From the IMG/VR virus record IMGVR_UViG_3300021440_001469, positions 1-52,888 of that record: 52,888 nucleotides of DNA; one strand, 5' to 3'. Every line of letters begins with the position of its first letter. The first letter of the stretch is position 1. Below are positions 17,499-27,260 of the stretch, piece after piece. The translations under genes and the position numbers were made by a program. Under the pieces are notes generated by a model that saw nothing but the letters and a program-made list of their open reading frames with translations, did no database searches and was not told where the DNA came from. This DNA is from a virus. Its lineage: Duplodnaviria > Caudoviricetes.

Positions 17499-19268
17499 TT
17501 ATGGACGATCCACGCCGCCGCGCAGCGCAATCTCGAATTGTTCGGAGGCCAGCGTGTCGGCGGATTGCTGGATGCAGCGCAGCAGCCACACGGGCGGCGC
17601 GGCGCCATCGGTATTGATGCGCAGCACATTGCCCGCCGACCAGCCGCCGCCCCAGCCGAGCGCGCGCAGTGTGAAATACGGGCCGCCGGTGGCCGGGTTG
17701 ATCGGCGCGCAGTCGGTGGTGGTGTCGCCGGCGGCGATCTGGCCGACGTGCTCGCCGATCACGGTAAAGGCCAGCGTCGACGTGAAGGTGATCCGCCAGC
17801 GCTCGGTGATGGCGTGCTCGTTGGTGACCTGGAGCGGATAGACGGCAGCGTTGTACTCGGCGCCGGCGGCCGATCCGGCCACGCTGTCCTGCCAGACGCC
17901 GGTCCAGGTCTGCTGGTCGAACAGCGCGGTGGTCTTGGCGTAAATGTCCTGCAGCACCATTGCGGCGGAGACGGCCGAGCCGGTGGGATAGCTGCGGGTC
18001 AGGTCGCGCCCGAGGGTGAGCGTGCCGGAGCTCATCGCGGTAATCATCGCCATGTCCTCGGCGCGGGCCACGATGCGGGCCGGCAGGCTCCACCCGCTGA
18101 CGCTGGTGATGGTGACGGTGCCGGTGTCGAGGTCGGCCGTCCATCCGGACGTGATGGGCTGGCCGTTGTACCCGACGATCTTGACCCGCTTGAGCAGGGC
18201 TTCACCGAGCGTGATCACGCTGGGCGAATAGCTCGTCGGCCCGTCCACGATGTCCTTGCCCAGCACGACATAGCGCCCGACCTCGAAGATCGGCTCTTTG
18301 CCGTCGATCGATTTGGACAACAGGCCCGGCTTGAAGCCCAGCACCGTTTCCGCCTCCGGGCTGGTCGCCAGCGCCGAGGGGATGACCCCGGCACGGGTGG
18401 CGGCGACATTGAGCACGCGGGAGGCCGGCGACGCGGAGGACGTCAGGCGGGAGGCGCCGAAGAAGCTCGCTTTCGACAGCCCGGAGGCGATGTTCGATTC
18501 GATGAAGTAAGCGCCGAATTCGCTGGCGCCGTTGGCCCAGAACGAGTCTGCCAAGCCCCACGAGGAATAGGCCGAGGCCGCGCTGAATTCGAGGAACAGC
18601 GCATAGACCCCCGCGCCTCCGGACCCCGCTTTGACGGCGCGGGCGATGGTGAATGTCTCGACCTGGACGGCGGTCGAGTTGTAGAAATCGACCATCGTCA
18701 GCGTGACGCCGGAAATGAAGCGGGTCAGCGCGACACCGAAAACGTTGGAATTGACTATGAAGCAGAAAGCGCCATTGCTGCCGGCCACAGGAGGAGAGCC
18801 GATCAACGGGCCAGACGCATCAACAAAGGTTCCGGCGAACTCCCACCGTATGCTATATGAGCTGCCGGGCGGAATGTAGGCGAACAGATAGGCGCCGTCG
18901 TTGATGCTGCTGCGCTGCGTTGCAGTCAGCGCGCCGGAGACCCCGCCGAGCCGGGCGATCAGGTCCGACTGCGTTTCGGTGACCGAGGCGGCGCGCAGCA
19001 TCATGATGGACGTTGCCGCATCGGCCGGCGGCTCGGAGACGACGAGATTGGCGCCGAGCAGGGCTGAGGTGTCGGCGGTGCGCACGGCGGGGTAAATCTT
19101 GGCGAACTCGACGTCACCGCCGGCGCGGGCGGTCTCGGAAACGTCCGGAAAAATCTGGTTGCTGGCGCCGTCGACGATCTCGACCGAGGACGGCATGCCA
19201 CCGTTGAGGGGTGAGCGGTTGCGCACCGACGACAGGTAGAACTTGAGGTTGCTGGACTGGATGGGCAT
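17499..19268 (-). CDS. Minor tail protein
   Basis: IVDGASNQIFPDVS...RAGG start and ERWRI...PINPATG.PYF end; follows the TMP. Confidence 0.7.
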   Translation of the reverse strand: MPIQSSNLKFYLSSVRNRSPLNGGMPSSVEIVDGASNQIFPDVSETARAGGDVEFAKIYPAVRTADTSALLGANLVVSEPPADAATSIMMLRAASVTETQSDLIARLGGVSGALTATQRSSINDGAYLFAYIPPGSSYSIRWEFAGTFVDASGPLIGSPPVAGSNGAFCFIVNSNVFGVALTRFISGVTLTMVDFYNSTAVQVETFTIARAVKAGSGGAGVYALFLEFSAASAYSSWGLADSFWANGASEFGAYFIESNIASGLSKASFFGASRLTSSASPASRVLNVAATRAGVIPSALATSPEAETVLGFKPGLLSKSIDGKEPIFEVGRYVVLGKDIVDGPTSYSPSVITLGEALLKRVKIVGYNGQPITSGWTADLDTGTVTITSVSGWSLPARIVARAEDMAMITAMSSGTLTLGRDLTRSYPTGSAVSAAMVLQDIYAKTTALFDQQTWTGVWQDSVAGSAAGAEYNAAVYPLQVTNEHAITERWRITFTSTLAFTVIGEHVGQIAAGDTTTDCAPINPATGGPYFTLRALGWGGGWSAGNVLRINTDGAAPPVWLLRCIQQSADTLASEQFEIALRGGVDRP

Positions 19269-19281
19269 GAGGGGGCTTCCG

Positions 19282-19692
19282 TCAGGCGATGCGGGTGAAC
19301 TTGAGCGTGGGGATGACGAGGTCGGTGCTGGCCGGGTCGGTGTAGTCGATCAGATCGACGGCATCGAGGGCCGGCGGATCGTCGTGGCGCCACACCACTT
19401 GATAGGCCGCTCCGCGGAAGCTCAAGGTGAAGACCTGGCCGGGCACGTCGGCGAAGGCGCGCAATTGCGCGAAGGCCGCCCGGCTGATGTCGCCGAAGTA
19501 GATCGCGCCATCCTGGCCGCCGCGCAGCGTGATCGGCTCGCCGGCCTGCATCACGGACACATCGATCCACAGCGCGCCGGTCAGCGTCGGCGTCACCGCC
19601 TGACGGATGGGGCTGAACCCGTGCTCGTCAGTGCGCACCAGGTCATCGGGCAGGGTGAGGAGGCTTACACCGTCCGTCAGTGTCGTGCTCAA
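19282..19692 (-). CDS. Distal-tail-like protein
   Basis: LPDDL...DE...TLTGAL...GEPITL; immediately after the TMP. Confidence 0.7.
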   Translation of the reverse strand: MSTTLTDGVSLLTLPDDLVRTDEHGFSPIRQAVTPTLTGALWIDVSVMQAGEPITLRGGQDGAIYFGDISRAAFAQLRAFADVPGQVFTLSFRGAAYQVVWRHDDPPALDAVDLIDYTDPASTDLVIPTLKFTRIA

Positions 19693-22600
19693 TGTTGGGC
19701 CTCCAGCGCATTGCGCAGCGCATCGGTGATCTGCCGGGCGGCGTCGGCCGGCACGCCGGGCACCGTGGTGATGCGGCCGGCAAGATCGAGTTTGAGGGTC
19801 ACGGTGCCGCCGTCGCGCGTGCCATATCCGAAGCCGGCGCCAGGCCCTTGAGTAACAGAAGGGGCGCTGCGCCGCTGCACCTCAAGGGCGGTCGCGCTGG
19901 CGGCGGCCTCTTCGGCGGCGCGTGAATCAAAACCGCGGGTGCTCGAGGTAAATTGCGGATCGGCTTTGAGCTTCGTGTAGAAATAGCCGTAGAGCTGCTC
20001 GAACATCTGCGCCTGTTCGGGGCTGGTGGTGCGCTGCACGGACAGGCTCTTGATGTCCGTCCCGACCGTGACGACATTGCCGGCCGCATCGCGCGCCCAG
20101 CCGTCCTTTGCCTCTCCGGCACTGCGGATCGACGAGGCGAGGCGGTCATAGCTTCCGGCCGCGCGATCGGCCGACGTGGCGGCCTCATCGGCGGTCTGCG
20201 AGAGTTCGCCGAAGCTGGACTTCAGTTCGTTGGTTTCGTAGGACAGCTTGCGCATCCGTTCGGCGATCAGGTCGTACTTTTCCGCTTCAAGGTTTTTGGC
20301 CTTGATGTTGGCATCGGCCAGCGCCAGTTCGGCTTTCTTGGCCTCGGTCAGTTCGCCGCTGGCTTCCAGCTGGGCGCGCTTGGCCTTGGCGACCAGCAGC
20401 ATGGCCTCGGCCTCCAGGCGCGCGGCCTGGGCCTGCGCGTCGGCGATCTCCAGCTCGATGCGCCACACCTTGATCTGCGCCTCGGCGATGTCCTTTTCGT
20501 TGCCGCGCTGCTTGGCGATTTCCAGAATCGTGGTCGCGCGATACAGATCGTTCTGCAGCGCGGATTGCTGCAGGCTGGCGGCGCTCTTCTCGGCGGCCAC
20601 GTGGCGCTCGGCGGCGGCGGTGGCGTCGGCCAGCGCGTCGCGGTAGAGCAGCAGGGCCTTCTGCGCCGCTTCTTTCGCAGCGGTCAGTTCGCGCTCGGTG
20701 GCGATCCCTTTTACATAGGCTTCGCCGGTTTTTTCGAAGGCGGCGGCGGCGGCCTGGTGGGCATCGCGCAGCGCATAGACTTGCTTGGCGTGATCCTTGT
20801 AAGTTTCGGCCGCGGCCTGCGCGGCCAGCGTCGCCACGTGGGCCGCAGTGGCCTCCTGTTGCGCCTTGTCGGCCAGTGCCTTCTTGGCCTCGATCTCTTC
20901 TTGCAGGGCCTCGATCTTCTTCTTGCGGGCTTCGGACTCGGCGCCCATCCCAAGGCGCTCGGCCTGCAGCGCCCGGAGATAGGCCTCGAGCTCGGCAATC
21001 TGATGCTCGATCGCGGCTGACGCCTGGCCCCGACTGGCGGCCTCTGCTTGCAGGCTATCGATCATCGCTTTTGTATTGGCGATGTCGGTTGCTACCTGAC
21101 GTCCCCGCTCTGCGCCGAGCGCTTGTTCTTTCGCCAGCTCGGTCTCTTTGAGGGTCACCGCAAACTGGGTTTGCTCAGCAATCCGGCGCATCGCGGCCTC
21201 TTGGGCTTCGGCGGCGGCGATCGTGGCGCGGCGCTGCTGCGACTCGGTGTCGTAGAGTTGCGAGGCCCGTGCCGCGGCATCACCTTCGGCCTTGCGGGCA
21301 GCGGCCAGCTTTTCAAGGTTTGTAATCTGCTTCGAGATGTCGGAATTGGCCTTCTCGAACGCGGACTGCAGCTGCAAGGCGCTGGCGCTTTGTTCGCGCA
21401 TCACCCCCCCCAGCTGCGAGCCTGACTCCTTGGTCAAATCGAAAATCTTGCTCAGCAGCCCGCTGCTGCGCGCGACATCCTCCAGGGCTTTACGGGCCTT
21501 TTCAGCGTCCCACTGCGGGCCGCCAAACAGCTCGCTGACTTTGCCGACCAGTGCGCCAAAGAGAATCGACGCCCCTTTGACCTCGAAGGCGGTCAAGGCT
21601 ACGGCTTCACTCAGCACCTTCATGGGGCCGGCCTCGCCGACCGCAACGAACAGTTCCGTGACGCTGTTCTTCATCCGCGCCCATTGCGCGGTGAAAGTGT
21701 CGTTCTCGGCCTTGCCCACGCCGTACATGTCGCGCAGGCCCTTGGCCAGCGCCGGCAGCAGGTCTTCGGCCAGCACGCCGCCGGTCTCGATCATCTTGGT
21801 CAGTTCGGCCACCGTCAGGCCGGCGCCATTGGCCGCGGCCTTGAGTGCGCCGGGCAGGGCCTCGCCGAGCTGGCCTTTCAGCTCCTCCATCTGCACCGTG
21901 CCCTTGCTGGCCATCTGATTGACGGCCAGCAGGGCGTTGTTGGTTTCGGCGCTGCTCTTGCCCAGGCTGGCCATCGCGCCGGCCACCGCCTCGAACACGC
22001 GGCGGGCCGCCTCGCCCTCGAGGGCGGTGCCCTTGGTCGCGGCGAGCAGCTGAGTGTAGCTCTTGCCGGCATCCTGCACATCGAGGCCGAGGCGGTTCGC
22101 GGCGCCGCGGATGTACTCCATCTCGGCGGCGGCCTGGCGGCTGCTGCCGGCCAGCTGGGTCAGCGTGCGGGTCAGGCTCTCGGCTTGGGCGTTGGCGTCG
22201 ACGAACATCCGGCCGGCCTGCATCGCCACGCCCAGGGCAGCGAGTTGCCCGACCATGGCGCCCAGCTCGCCCTTCAGCCCTTTCGCGCCGGCTTCCATCC
22301 GGTTCATCGCGGGAAGCGTGCCGGCCATCTCGGCTTCGAGCGCGGCGATACGGGTTTTCGCTTCGGCAAAAGCGCGGTCGAAGTCGGCGCCCGATACCTT
22401 GGCGCTGGCGCCGAGCTTCAGCAGTGATTGCTGAATGTTGAGGATTTCGCCCTGAATCTCGGCGCTGCCGCGGATGCCGACCGCCGAGAACGAATCAGCC
22501 AGCGCCTTCTTGGTGCGGGCGGTGAAGGCTTCGATGGCGCGCGCCTCCTCCTCCCGCGCGGTGGCGGCGCGGCGGGCGGCGGCTTCCGCCTCGGCATAGG

Positions 22601-23201
22601 TCCGTTTCTCCGCCTCGAGCAGTTCCCGCGCAGCGAGCTTCTGGCGGTTCGTATTCATTTCGACGATCTGCGCCAGGCGCTGTTCTTCGGCGGCGGCGGC
22701 GCGATCCTGGGCGATCTTTTCCTGGGCGGCAATGGCCGCGTCCTGGAGCGCCTTGGCGGACCTTGCCACCGCCGCGGCGGCCGCTTCGGTTTCCGTCTTC
22801 AGGCGGCCCTGCTCGGCGGCCAGATTGCGCGTATCGACACCGGCCGCAGCCGCGGCGGCGCGCGCCTGGTCGAGTTTCTCGCGGTTCTTGTCCCACGCTT
22901 TTTCTGCGCTGGCCAGCTCGCGGCTGGCGTCTTTCAGCTCGGCCTGCAGCAGCTTGATGGCGTCCTTGCCGGCGCCAGCGCCGCGGGCCAGCGCGAGCTG
23001 TTCGTCGAGCACCTGGGCGGCGTCGCGCGTGCGCACGAATTCCGCGCGGGCGTCCTTGGCGTTCTGGATCGCCGTGGCGAGGATGTCGACCTTTTTGCCG
23101 GTCTGGTCGAGCTTGGCCAGATCGGCCTCGGACTGGGCCAGCGCCGTGCGCAGGCCCCGCGGATCGCCGTCAATGATTACCTGGGCGCGGATGTCGGCCA
23201 T
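19689..23201 (-). CDS. Prophage tape measure protein
   Basis: 1170 aa Ala-rich helical; QMASKGTVQMEELKGQLGEALPG tape-measure domain. Confidence 0.95.
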   Translation of the reverse strand: MADIRAQVIIDGDPRGLRTALAQSEADLAKLDQTGKKVDILATAIQNAKDARAEFVRTRDAAQVLDEQLALARGAGAGKDAIKLLQAELKDASRELASAEKAWDKNREKLDQARAAAAAAGVDTRNLAAEQGRLKTETEAAAAAVARSAKALQDAAIAAQEKIAQDRAAAAEEQRLAQIVEMNTNRQKLAARELLEAEKRTYAEAEAAARRAATAREEEARAIEAFTARTKKALADSFSAVGIRGSAEIQGEILNIQQSLLKLGASAKVSGADFDRAFAEAKTRIAALEAEMAGTLPAMNRMEAGAKGLKGELGAMVGQLAALGVAMQAGRMFVDANAQAESLTRTLTQLAGSSRQAAAEMEYIRGAANRLGLDVQDAGKSYTQLLAATKGTALEGEAARRVFEAVAGAMASLGKSSAETNNALLAVNQMASKGTVQMEELKGQLGEALPGALKAAANGAGLTVAELTKMIETGGVLAEDLLPALAKGLRDMYGVGKAENDTFTAQWARMKNSVTELFVAVGEAGPMKVLSEAVALTAFEVKGASILFGALVGKVSELFGGPQWDAEKARKALEDVARSSGLLSKIFDLTKESGSQLGGVMREQSASALQLQSAFEKANSDISKQITNLEKLAAARKAEGDAAARASQLYDTESQQRRATIAAAEAQEAAMRRIAEQTQFAVTLKETELAKEQALGAERGRQVATDIANTKAMIDSLQAEAASRGQASAAIEHQIAELEAYLRALQAERLGMGAESEARKKKIEALQEEIEAKKALADKAQQEATAAHVATLAAQAAAETYKDHAKQVYALRDAHQAAAAAFEKTGEAYVKGIATERELTAAKEAAQKALLLYRDALADATAAAERHVAAEKSAASLQQSALQNDLYRATTILEIAKQRGNEKDIAEAQIKVWRIELEIADAQAQAARLEAEAMLLVAKAKRAQLEASGELTEAKKAELALADANIKAKNLEAEKYDLIAERMRKLSYETNELKSSFGELSQTADEAATSADRAAGSYDRLASSIRSAGEAKDGWARDAAGNVVTVGTDIKSLSVQRTTSPEQAQMFEQLYGYFYTKLKADPQFTSSTRGFDSRAAEEAAASATALEVQRRSAPSVTQGPGAGFGYGTRDGGTVTLKLDLAGRITTVPGVPADAARQITDALRNALEAQH

Positions 23202-23225
23202 GAAAGGATCGCTGGGTCAGGATGG

Positions 23226-23249
23226 AAAAAAGGGCCAGCGAACTGGCCC
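23226..23249 (-). terminator. Intrinsic terminator after the tail tube gene
   Basis: GGGCCAG-TTCG-CTGGCCC followed by TTTTTT on the minus strand. Confidence 0.85.
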
Positions 23250-23272
23250 GAAAAACATCAGCCTGCGGCCGC

Positions 23273-24031
23273 TCAGGCGACGGCCCGCTCTTCGACCACG
23301 AAGGGCGGCACGCCGACGGACGGCACTTCGAGGGTGCCCTTCAGCTTCAGTTCGGCGATGTCGCTTTGCAGGAAGTCGAAGGCCTGGTCACTGGTCACGA
23401 CGGCCCGGGAGGCGAGCACCTCCACGTCCTTGCCGGTCATCAGGTTCACACCGTCGAGCTCGACCTTCAGCACATGGCTGTACTTGCGTGCGCCGTTGAT
23501 CCGTGTGCCGGTGGTGGCCTGGGCCGTGCCGGACACCTTCAGCGCCTGTGCGGCGGTGATGGCGCCACTGGAAATGGCCCGCAGCTTGCCCAGACGCAGG
23601 TTCACCTCATAGTCGGTATCGGCCACATAAGTGGTGGTTCCGGCGCTGTTCTTGACCGTCAGGCCCGTGGCCGAAATGTTCTTGCGGCCGATGTCGACCC
23701 ACGCATCGAGCGCCGCGGTGACCGCCAGATCGGTGAATACGCCGCCGGCAGCGGTGATGGTCTCGATCTCGCCGGACAGCTGCACGGACAGCAGGTCGCG
23801 GCTCATTTCGTTGAATGTGATCGAGAACTCGGTGGGCTTCGGCAACTGGTAGCTGGCGAAGGCCTGGCCGTAATCGGTGCGGCCTTTGGAATTCTTGGTC
23901 TTCTTGTCGCTGGGCGTGGTGATCGACAGCAGGTCGGTGCGGACCAGCATCGCCGGGCCGAATACACCGGGCGTGGTCTCGAATGAAATGTAGACGTCGC
24001 CGGCAAAGAGCTGGGCATTCTGGGTCGTCAT
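23273..24031 (-). CDS. Major tail tube protein
   Basis: Size, position before the TMP, DYEVNLRLG motif; no sheath gene nearby. Confidence 0.8.
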   Translation of the reverse strand: MTTQNAQLFAGDVYISFETTPGVFGPAMLVRTDLLSITTPSDKKTKNSKGRTDYGQAFASYQLPKPTEFSITFNEMSRDLLSVQLSGEIETITAAGGVFTDLAVTAALDAWVDIGRKNISATGLTVKNSAGTTTYVADTDYEVNLRLGKLRAISSGAITAAQALKVSGTAQATTGTRINGARKYSHVLKVELDGVNLMTGKDVEVLASRAVVTSDQAFDFLQSDIAELKLKGTLEVPSVGVPPFVVEERAVA

Positions 24032-24046
24032 GGCGTGTGCTCCGAG

Positions 24047-24493
24047 TTAAGGGCGCGCCGGGCGGGCCGGCACGCGCAGGGTGGTTTTCCAGGCGAGGGG
24101 GTAGTAGCTGAAGCCGGCCTTGAAGGCCGGGCGCAGCGGCGGCGCAAGGTGCAGGGTGCCGGCGCCATCGAGCGGGGGCACCCACGGCCGCAGCGCGGCG
24201 ACGGTTAGCATCATCAGCGGGCCGGCGTCGAGATTGCCCGGGGCGACGCCCGGCAGGCCGGCGACGTTGCGTACGGCAATGATCGTGTGCCAGGTCTGCT
24301 CGACGTCCTCCCAGGCGGCATTGGCCTGCCTTGGGGTGTATCCGCCGTACAGCACGTGCACCGCCTGACTGGGCTGCTGCGACTCGATCACGCCGGCCAG
24401 GTCCTGGGCATCAAGTACGAAGACCGCGGGGGGGAGCTGCTCGCGCAGGCGCGCCTTGATGAGCGGCCCGAGGGCCAAGAAGTCGCCGATCAC
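24047..24493 (-). CDS. Tail terminator-like protein
   Basis: VHVLYGG...Q.W..IIAVRN...AGPL...YYPL; synteny. Confidence 0.7.
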   Translation of the reverse strand: MIGDFLALGPLIKARLREQLPPAVFVLDAQDLAGVIESQQPSQAVHVLYGGYTPRQANAAWEDVEQTWHTIIAVRNVAGLPGVAPGNLDAGPLMMLTVAALRPWVPPLDGAGTLHLAPPLRPAFKAGFSYYPLAWKTTLRVPARPARP

Positions 24494-24999
24494 GCGAAAC
24501 CCTCCAGGTCATCGTCGGTCACCGAACGGGGGCGGAAGCTGAACATCACCTCGTCGTCTCCGGGCGCCGCCGGGCCGGTCGGCGTGCCCAGGCTGACGAC
24601 ACCCTTGGCCACATCGCGCAGGTAGTCGTCGGCCCAGCGGGTGGCCTCGATGACCTCCTTCGGCACGACCGGGCCATACATGCGGCGCCAAGCGATGGTC
24701 GCCACAACGGTGGACAGATCCGAGGCTGCGAGCTGCGGCATGGTGAGGCCGTCCGGGTAATAGCCCGCGATGAAGGTGTCAGCGTGGCGGCTTGCCGCGG
24801 CGAGCTGGGCGCGCAACACCTCGACCCCCTCGGCCGCAATGACGACCTGGTCGGCCGGATAGCCGCTGGTGTCACCGCCCGCCGCCACGGTGCGCAGCAG
24901 CTCAGCCGTGATACGGGCATCGCGGCACGCGCGCTGAGCCATTTCCGGCCAGCCCGCCACCGACACACGAGCCAGGTCGTCGAGGGTTGCGTAGTCCAT
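24490..24999 (-). CDS. DUF1320 head-tail connector (Mu gp36-like)
   Basis: MDYATLDDL...ADTFI..YYP...LRDVAKG.VSLG. Confidence 0.8.
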   Translation of the reverse strand: MDYATLDDLARVSVAGWPEMAQRACRDARITAELLRTVAAGGDTSGYPADQVVIAAEGVEVLRAQLAAASRHADTFIAGYYPDGLTMPQLAASDLSTVVATIAWRRMYGPVVPKEVIEATRWADDYLRDVAKGVVSLGTPTGPAAPGDDEVMFSFRPRSVTDDDLEGFA

Positions 25000-25001
25000 G
25001 G

Positions 25002-25370
25002 TCAGACGTGGCGATGCGGCAGGATGCGGACTTCCACCAGCTGATCGGCGCCCGACGTGCTGCTGCCAGGCATCACGCGGCCGCAGTAATCCGTCGCCGT
25101 GCCGGTGATCGCCTTGCCGCTGCCGTCGGCGGCGGGCTTCACGAAGGCATGCTCGGCCAGCGCCTCACCCGATGTGACCAGGGCCGAAAAGCCGGTGACG
25201 ACCGAGAAAGCACTGCCGATGTCGGCGCTGGTCTCGGACACGCCGAGGGTGTCCTTGGCGCCGCCAGCGCTCGTGGCATAGCCGGCGTCGTGGGCGATGA
25301 AGCGATTTGCGGCCACTGCCGACAGGGCGAGCAGGGTGACCGCGTTGGTCTTTTGATACTGGCGTCCCAT
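25002..25370 (-). CDS. Capsid decoration/cement protein (DUF2190-like)
   Basis: AVAANRFI...LGVS...GKAI...LVEVRI; follows the capsid genes. Confidence 0.7.
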   Translation of the reverse strand: MGRQYQKTNAVTLLALSAVAANRFIAHDAGYATSAGGAKDTLGVSETSADIGSAFSVVTGFSALVTSGEALAEHAFVKPAADGSGKAITGTATDYCGRVMPGSSTSGADQLVEVRILPHRHV

Positions 25371-25398
25371 TGCTGGAATCTCCTAAATCGTGAAGGGG

Positions 25399-25779
25399 TC
25401 AGGGCTTGCGCTTGCTGCGCGCCTCGGCGGGGGTTTCCGGCTCGGCCAGGACAGCAGCCTCGGCTGGGGCAGCCGGCACGACAGCCTCGGCTGGGGCAGC
25501 CGGTACGACAGCCGCGGTCGGGGCGGCCGGCACGACCGGTACGACAGCCTCGGTCGGGGCGGCCGGCACGACCGGTACGACAGCCTCGGTCGGGGCGGCC
25601 GGCACGACCGGCACGACAGCCTCGGTCGGGGCGGCCGCTTCCTCGATGGCGCCCAGGCGGCGCAGCTCCGGGATCTCGGCCGGGTCGATGCCCGCCGGCA
25701 GCGGCTCTCCGGGCTTGATCTCGACGCGCTGGTCGTCGATGTAGGTCGCAACAACGTGCTTGGCAATCAACGGGTTCAT
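25399..25779 (-). CDS. Small head-associated protein with Pro/Ala/Val repeats
   Basis: MNPLIAKHVV...LRRLGAIE followed by AAPTEAVVPVVP repeats. Confidence 0.7.
   Translation of the reverse strand: MNPLIAKHVVATYIDDQRVEIKPGEPLPAGIDPAEIPELRRLGAIEEAAAPTEAVVPVVPAAPTEAVVPVVPAAPTEAVVPVVPAAPTAAVVPAAPAEAVVPAAPAEAAVLAEPETPAEARSKRKP
25450..25637 (-). repeat. In-frame tandem repeat (3 x 36 bp plus about 3 x 27 bp)
   Basis: ACGACAGCCTCGGTCGGGGCGGCCGGC-type units. Confidence 0.9.
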
Positions 25780-25787
25780 GACATCCC

Positions 25788-26747
25788 TCACTTCGGGTTC
25801 TGGAACAGGACTGCGGCGGTGTTGAACGCCACACTCGCGGTGCGCTCGTACGTCGCGCCGTAAATCCAGCTCTTGGTGTTGTTGTCGAAATACGGCGTCT
25901 CGGCGAACGGATGGCCATCCAACACGTTGGTGAAGCCGAAGCCGGGTTCGGCCAGGCTGATATCGCCGCTCGAATTGGCGATATTCGGCACGTAGGCCAG
26001 GATCGCGTTGTTGCCCCACACGTCCTGCCCGACGTCGGACTCGTCCTTCCACACCGCATCGCCCACGTTGATTTCCTGGACGTTGAGGATGCGCATCAGC
26101 TGCTCCATGGTCGGCGCGCCGAGCTGGCTGTCCGGCAGATAACTGCGCACCTGGACGTTGCTCTTCAGGGCTTGCCAGGCGTCGGCCGACAGCGTGAGCC
26201 GGTTGGGACGCTTGCCGATCTTCTTGCGGATCAGATTGGCCGCCGTGTCGATGTCATCCACCGGCGTGCCGGTCGAGGCCGACCACTTGGTGGCGCCAGA
26301 CAGCGTGGTGACATGGCCGGAGGCATAGCTGCCCGATGTGGTGGCCAGCGTCGCCGCCTCGAGCTCGTAATCGAGCGCCAGGATGTCATTGGCGGTGACC
26401 ATGGCGATCCGCGACACATCCAGGTAGTTGCCCACGTGGAGGCGGCGGGATTCGTCGGCCTCGCGCAGCAGCTCGCGCGGGATCGGCACTTCCACCGCGT
26501 ACTGGGCGACGGTGTAGGTCTTGCCGTCGTACTTGATGTCGACGCGCTTGGTCGGCGTGCCCGGCGCGCGGCGCAGGCCATAGCGACGGAAACGCTCGTC
26601 GCCGATCTGGGCGAGCATCACGCTCGACAGGGCCTGCGGCAGGCGCGGGAAAATCTTTTCGGCGACGAAAGTGCCCTGGCCCATGCCCAGCAGCAGGCTG
26701 GTGAGGATCGGGTTCTGCTTCAGCCGGATTTCGGCGGGGGTCATCAT
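25788..26747 (-). CDS. Major capsid protein
   Basis: 319 aa after the protease; PILT...FP...KWS...P..DI...IGKRPN.L.L...VWG. Confidence 0.85.
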   Translation of the reverse strand: MMTPAEIRLKQNPILTSLLLGMGQGTFVAEKIFPRLPQALSSVMLAQIGDERFRRYGLRRAPGTPTKRVDIKYDGKTYTVAQYAVEVPIPRELLREADESRRLHVGNYLDVSRIAMVTANDILALDYELEAATLATTSGSYASGHVTTLSGATKWSASTGTPVDDIDTAANLIRKKIGKRPNRLTLSADAWQALKSNVQVRSYLPDSQLGAPTMEQLMRILNVQEINVGDAVWKDESDVGQDVWGNNAILAYVPNIANSSGDISLAEPGFGFTNVLDGHPFAETPYFDNNTKSWIYGATYERTASVAFNTAAVLFQNPK

Positions 26748-26768
26748 GGCGGGGTGTCCTTATGGATA

Positions 26769-27260
26769 TCAGGAGGTGAAGCCGACGACGGCCGACACGG
26801 CCTCGGCGTACTGCACCTTGTGCTGGGCGGCGTAGGCCTTGGCCGCGGCGTCGATCTCGGCATCGCTCTTGCCCCTGGCGCTGCCGGCCTCGGCCTTTCC
26901 GCCCAGGTTGCCCGGCGCGAACTCGCCAAACTGCACGACGGGCGCCGCAGCGGCGATGAAGCCCTTCAGCCACTCGGCGGGATTCAGCTTCTTGGTCACG
27001 CCGGCCTCGGCGAACTCGACCGCCTGGCTGTCAGCCAGCGCGGTCAGCACAGCGGGCAGTGCTGCCGCGTCGGGCTTCTTCAGCTTGCCGGCGGCCAGCT
27101 GGGCCTCGGCGAACTGCACAAAGCCGGCATGGCGTTCGGCGCGTTGGGCCTCGGCAAACTGCGCGAGCCTGGCCTTGACCTCGGCCGTTTCCTGCTCGGC
27201 CCTGGCCTGAGCCTCTTTCGCGGCCTTCGCCTCGGCCTCGAGGCGTTCCTTGTCTTCCAT
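26769..27260 (-). CDS. Nested in-frame scaffold protein
   Basis: CAGGAG RBS before internal ATG 27260 (MEDKERLE...), helical sequence. Confidence 0.65.
   Translation of the reverse strand: MEDKERLEAEAKAAKEAQARAEQETAEVKARLAQFAEAQRAERHAGFVQFAEAQLAAGKLKKPDAAALPAVLTALADSQAVEFAEAGVTKKLNPAEWLKGFIAAAAPVVQFGEFAPGNLGGKAEAGSARGKSDAEIDAAAKAYAAQHKVQYAEAVSAVVGFTS

Noticed and set aside
16026-18860. 944-aa plus-strand ORF and similar long antisense ORFs (3486-5348, 36466-38487, 47237-48901)
   Set aside because: Shadow frames of high-GC genes with recognisable products on the opposite strand
14007-19268. Gin-type invertible tail fibre segment
   Set aside because: No serine invertase, no oppositely oriented fibre genes and no gix-like repeats seen
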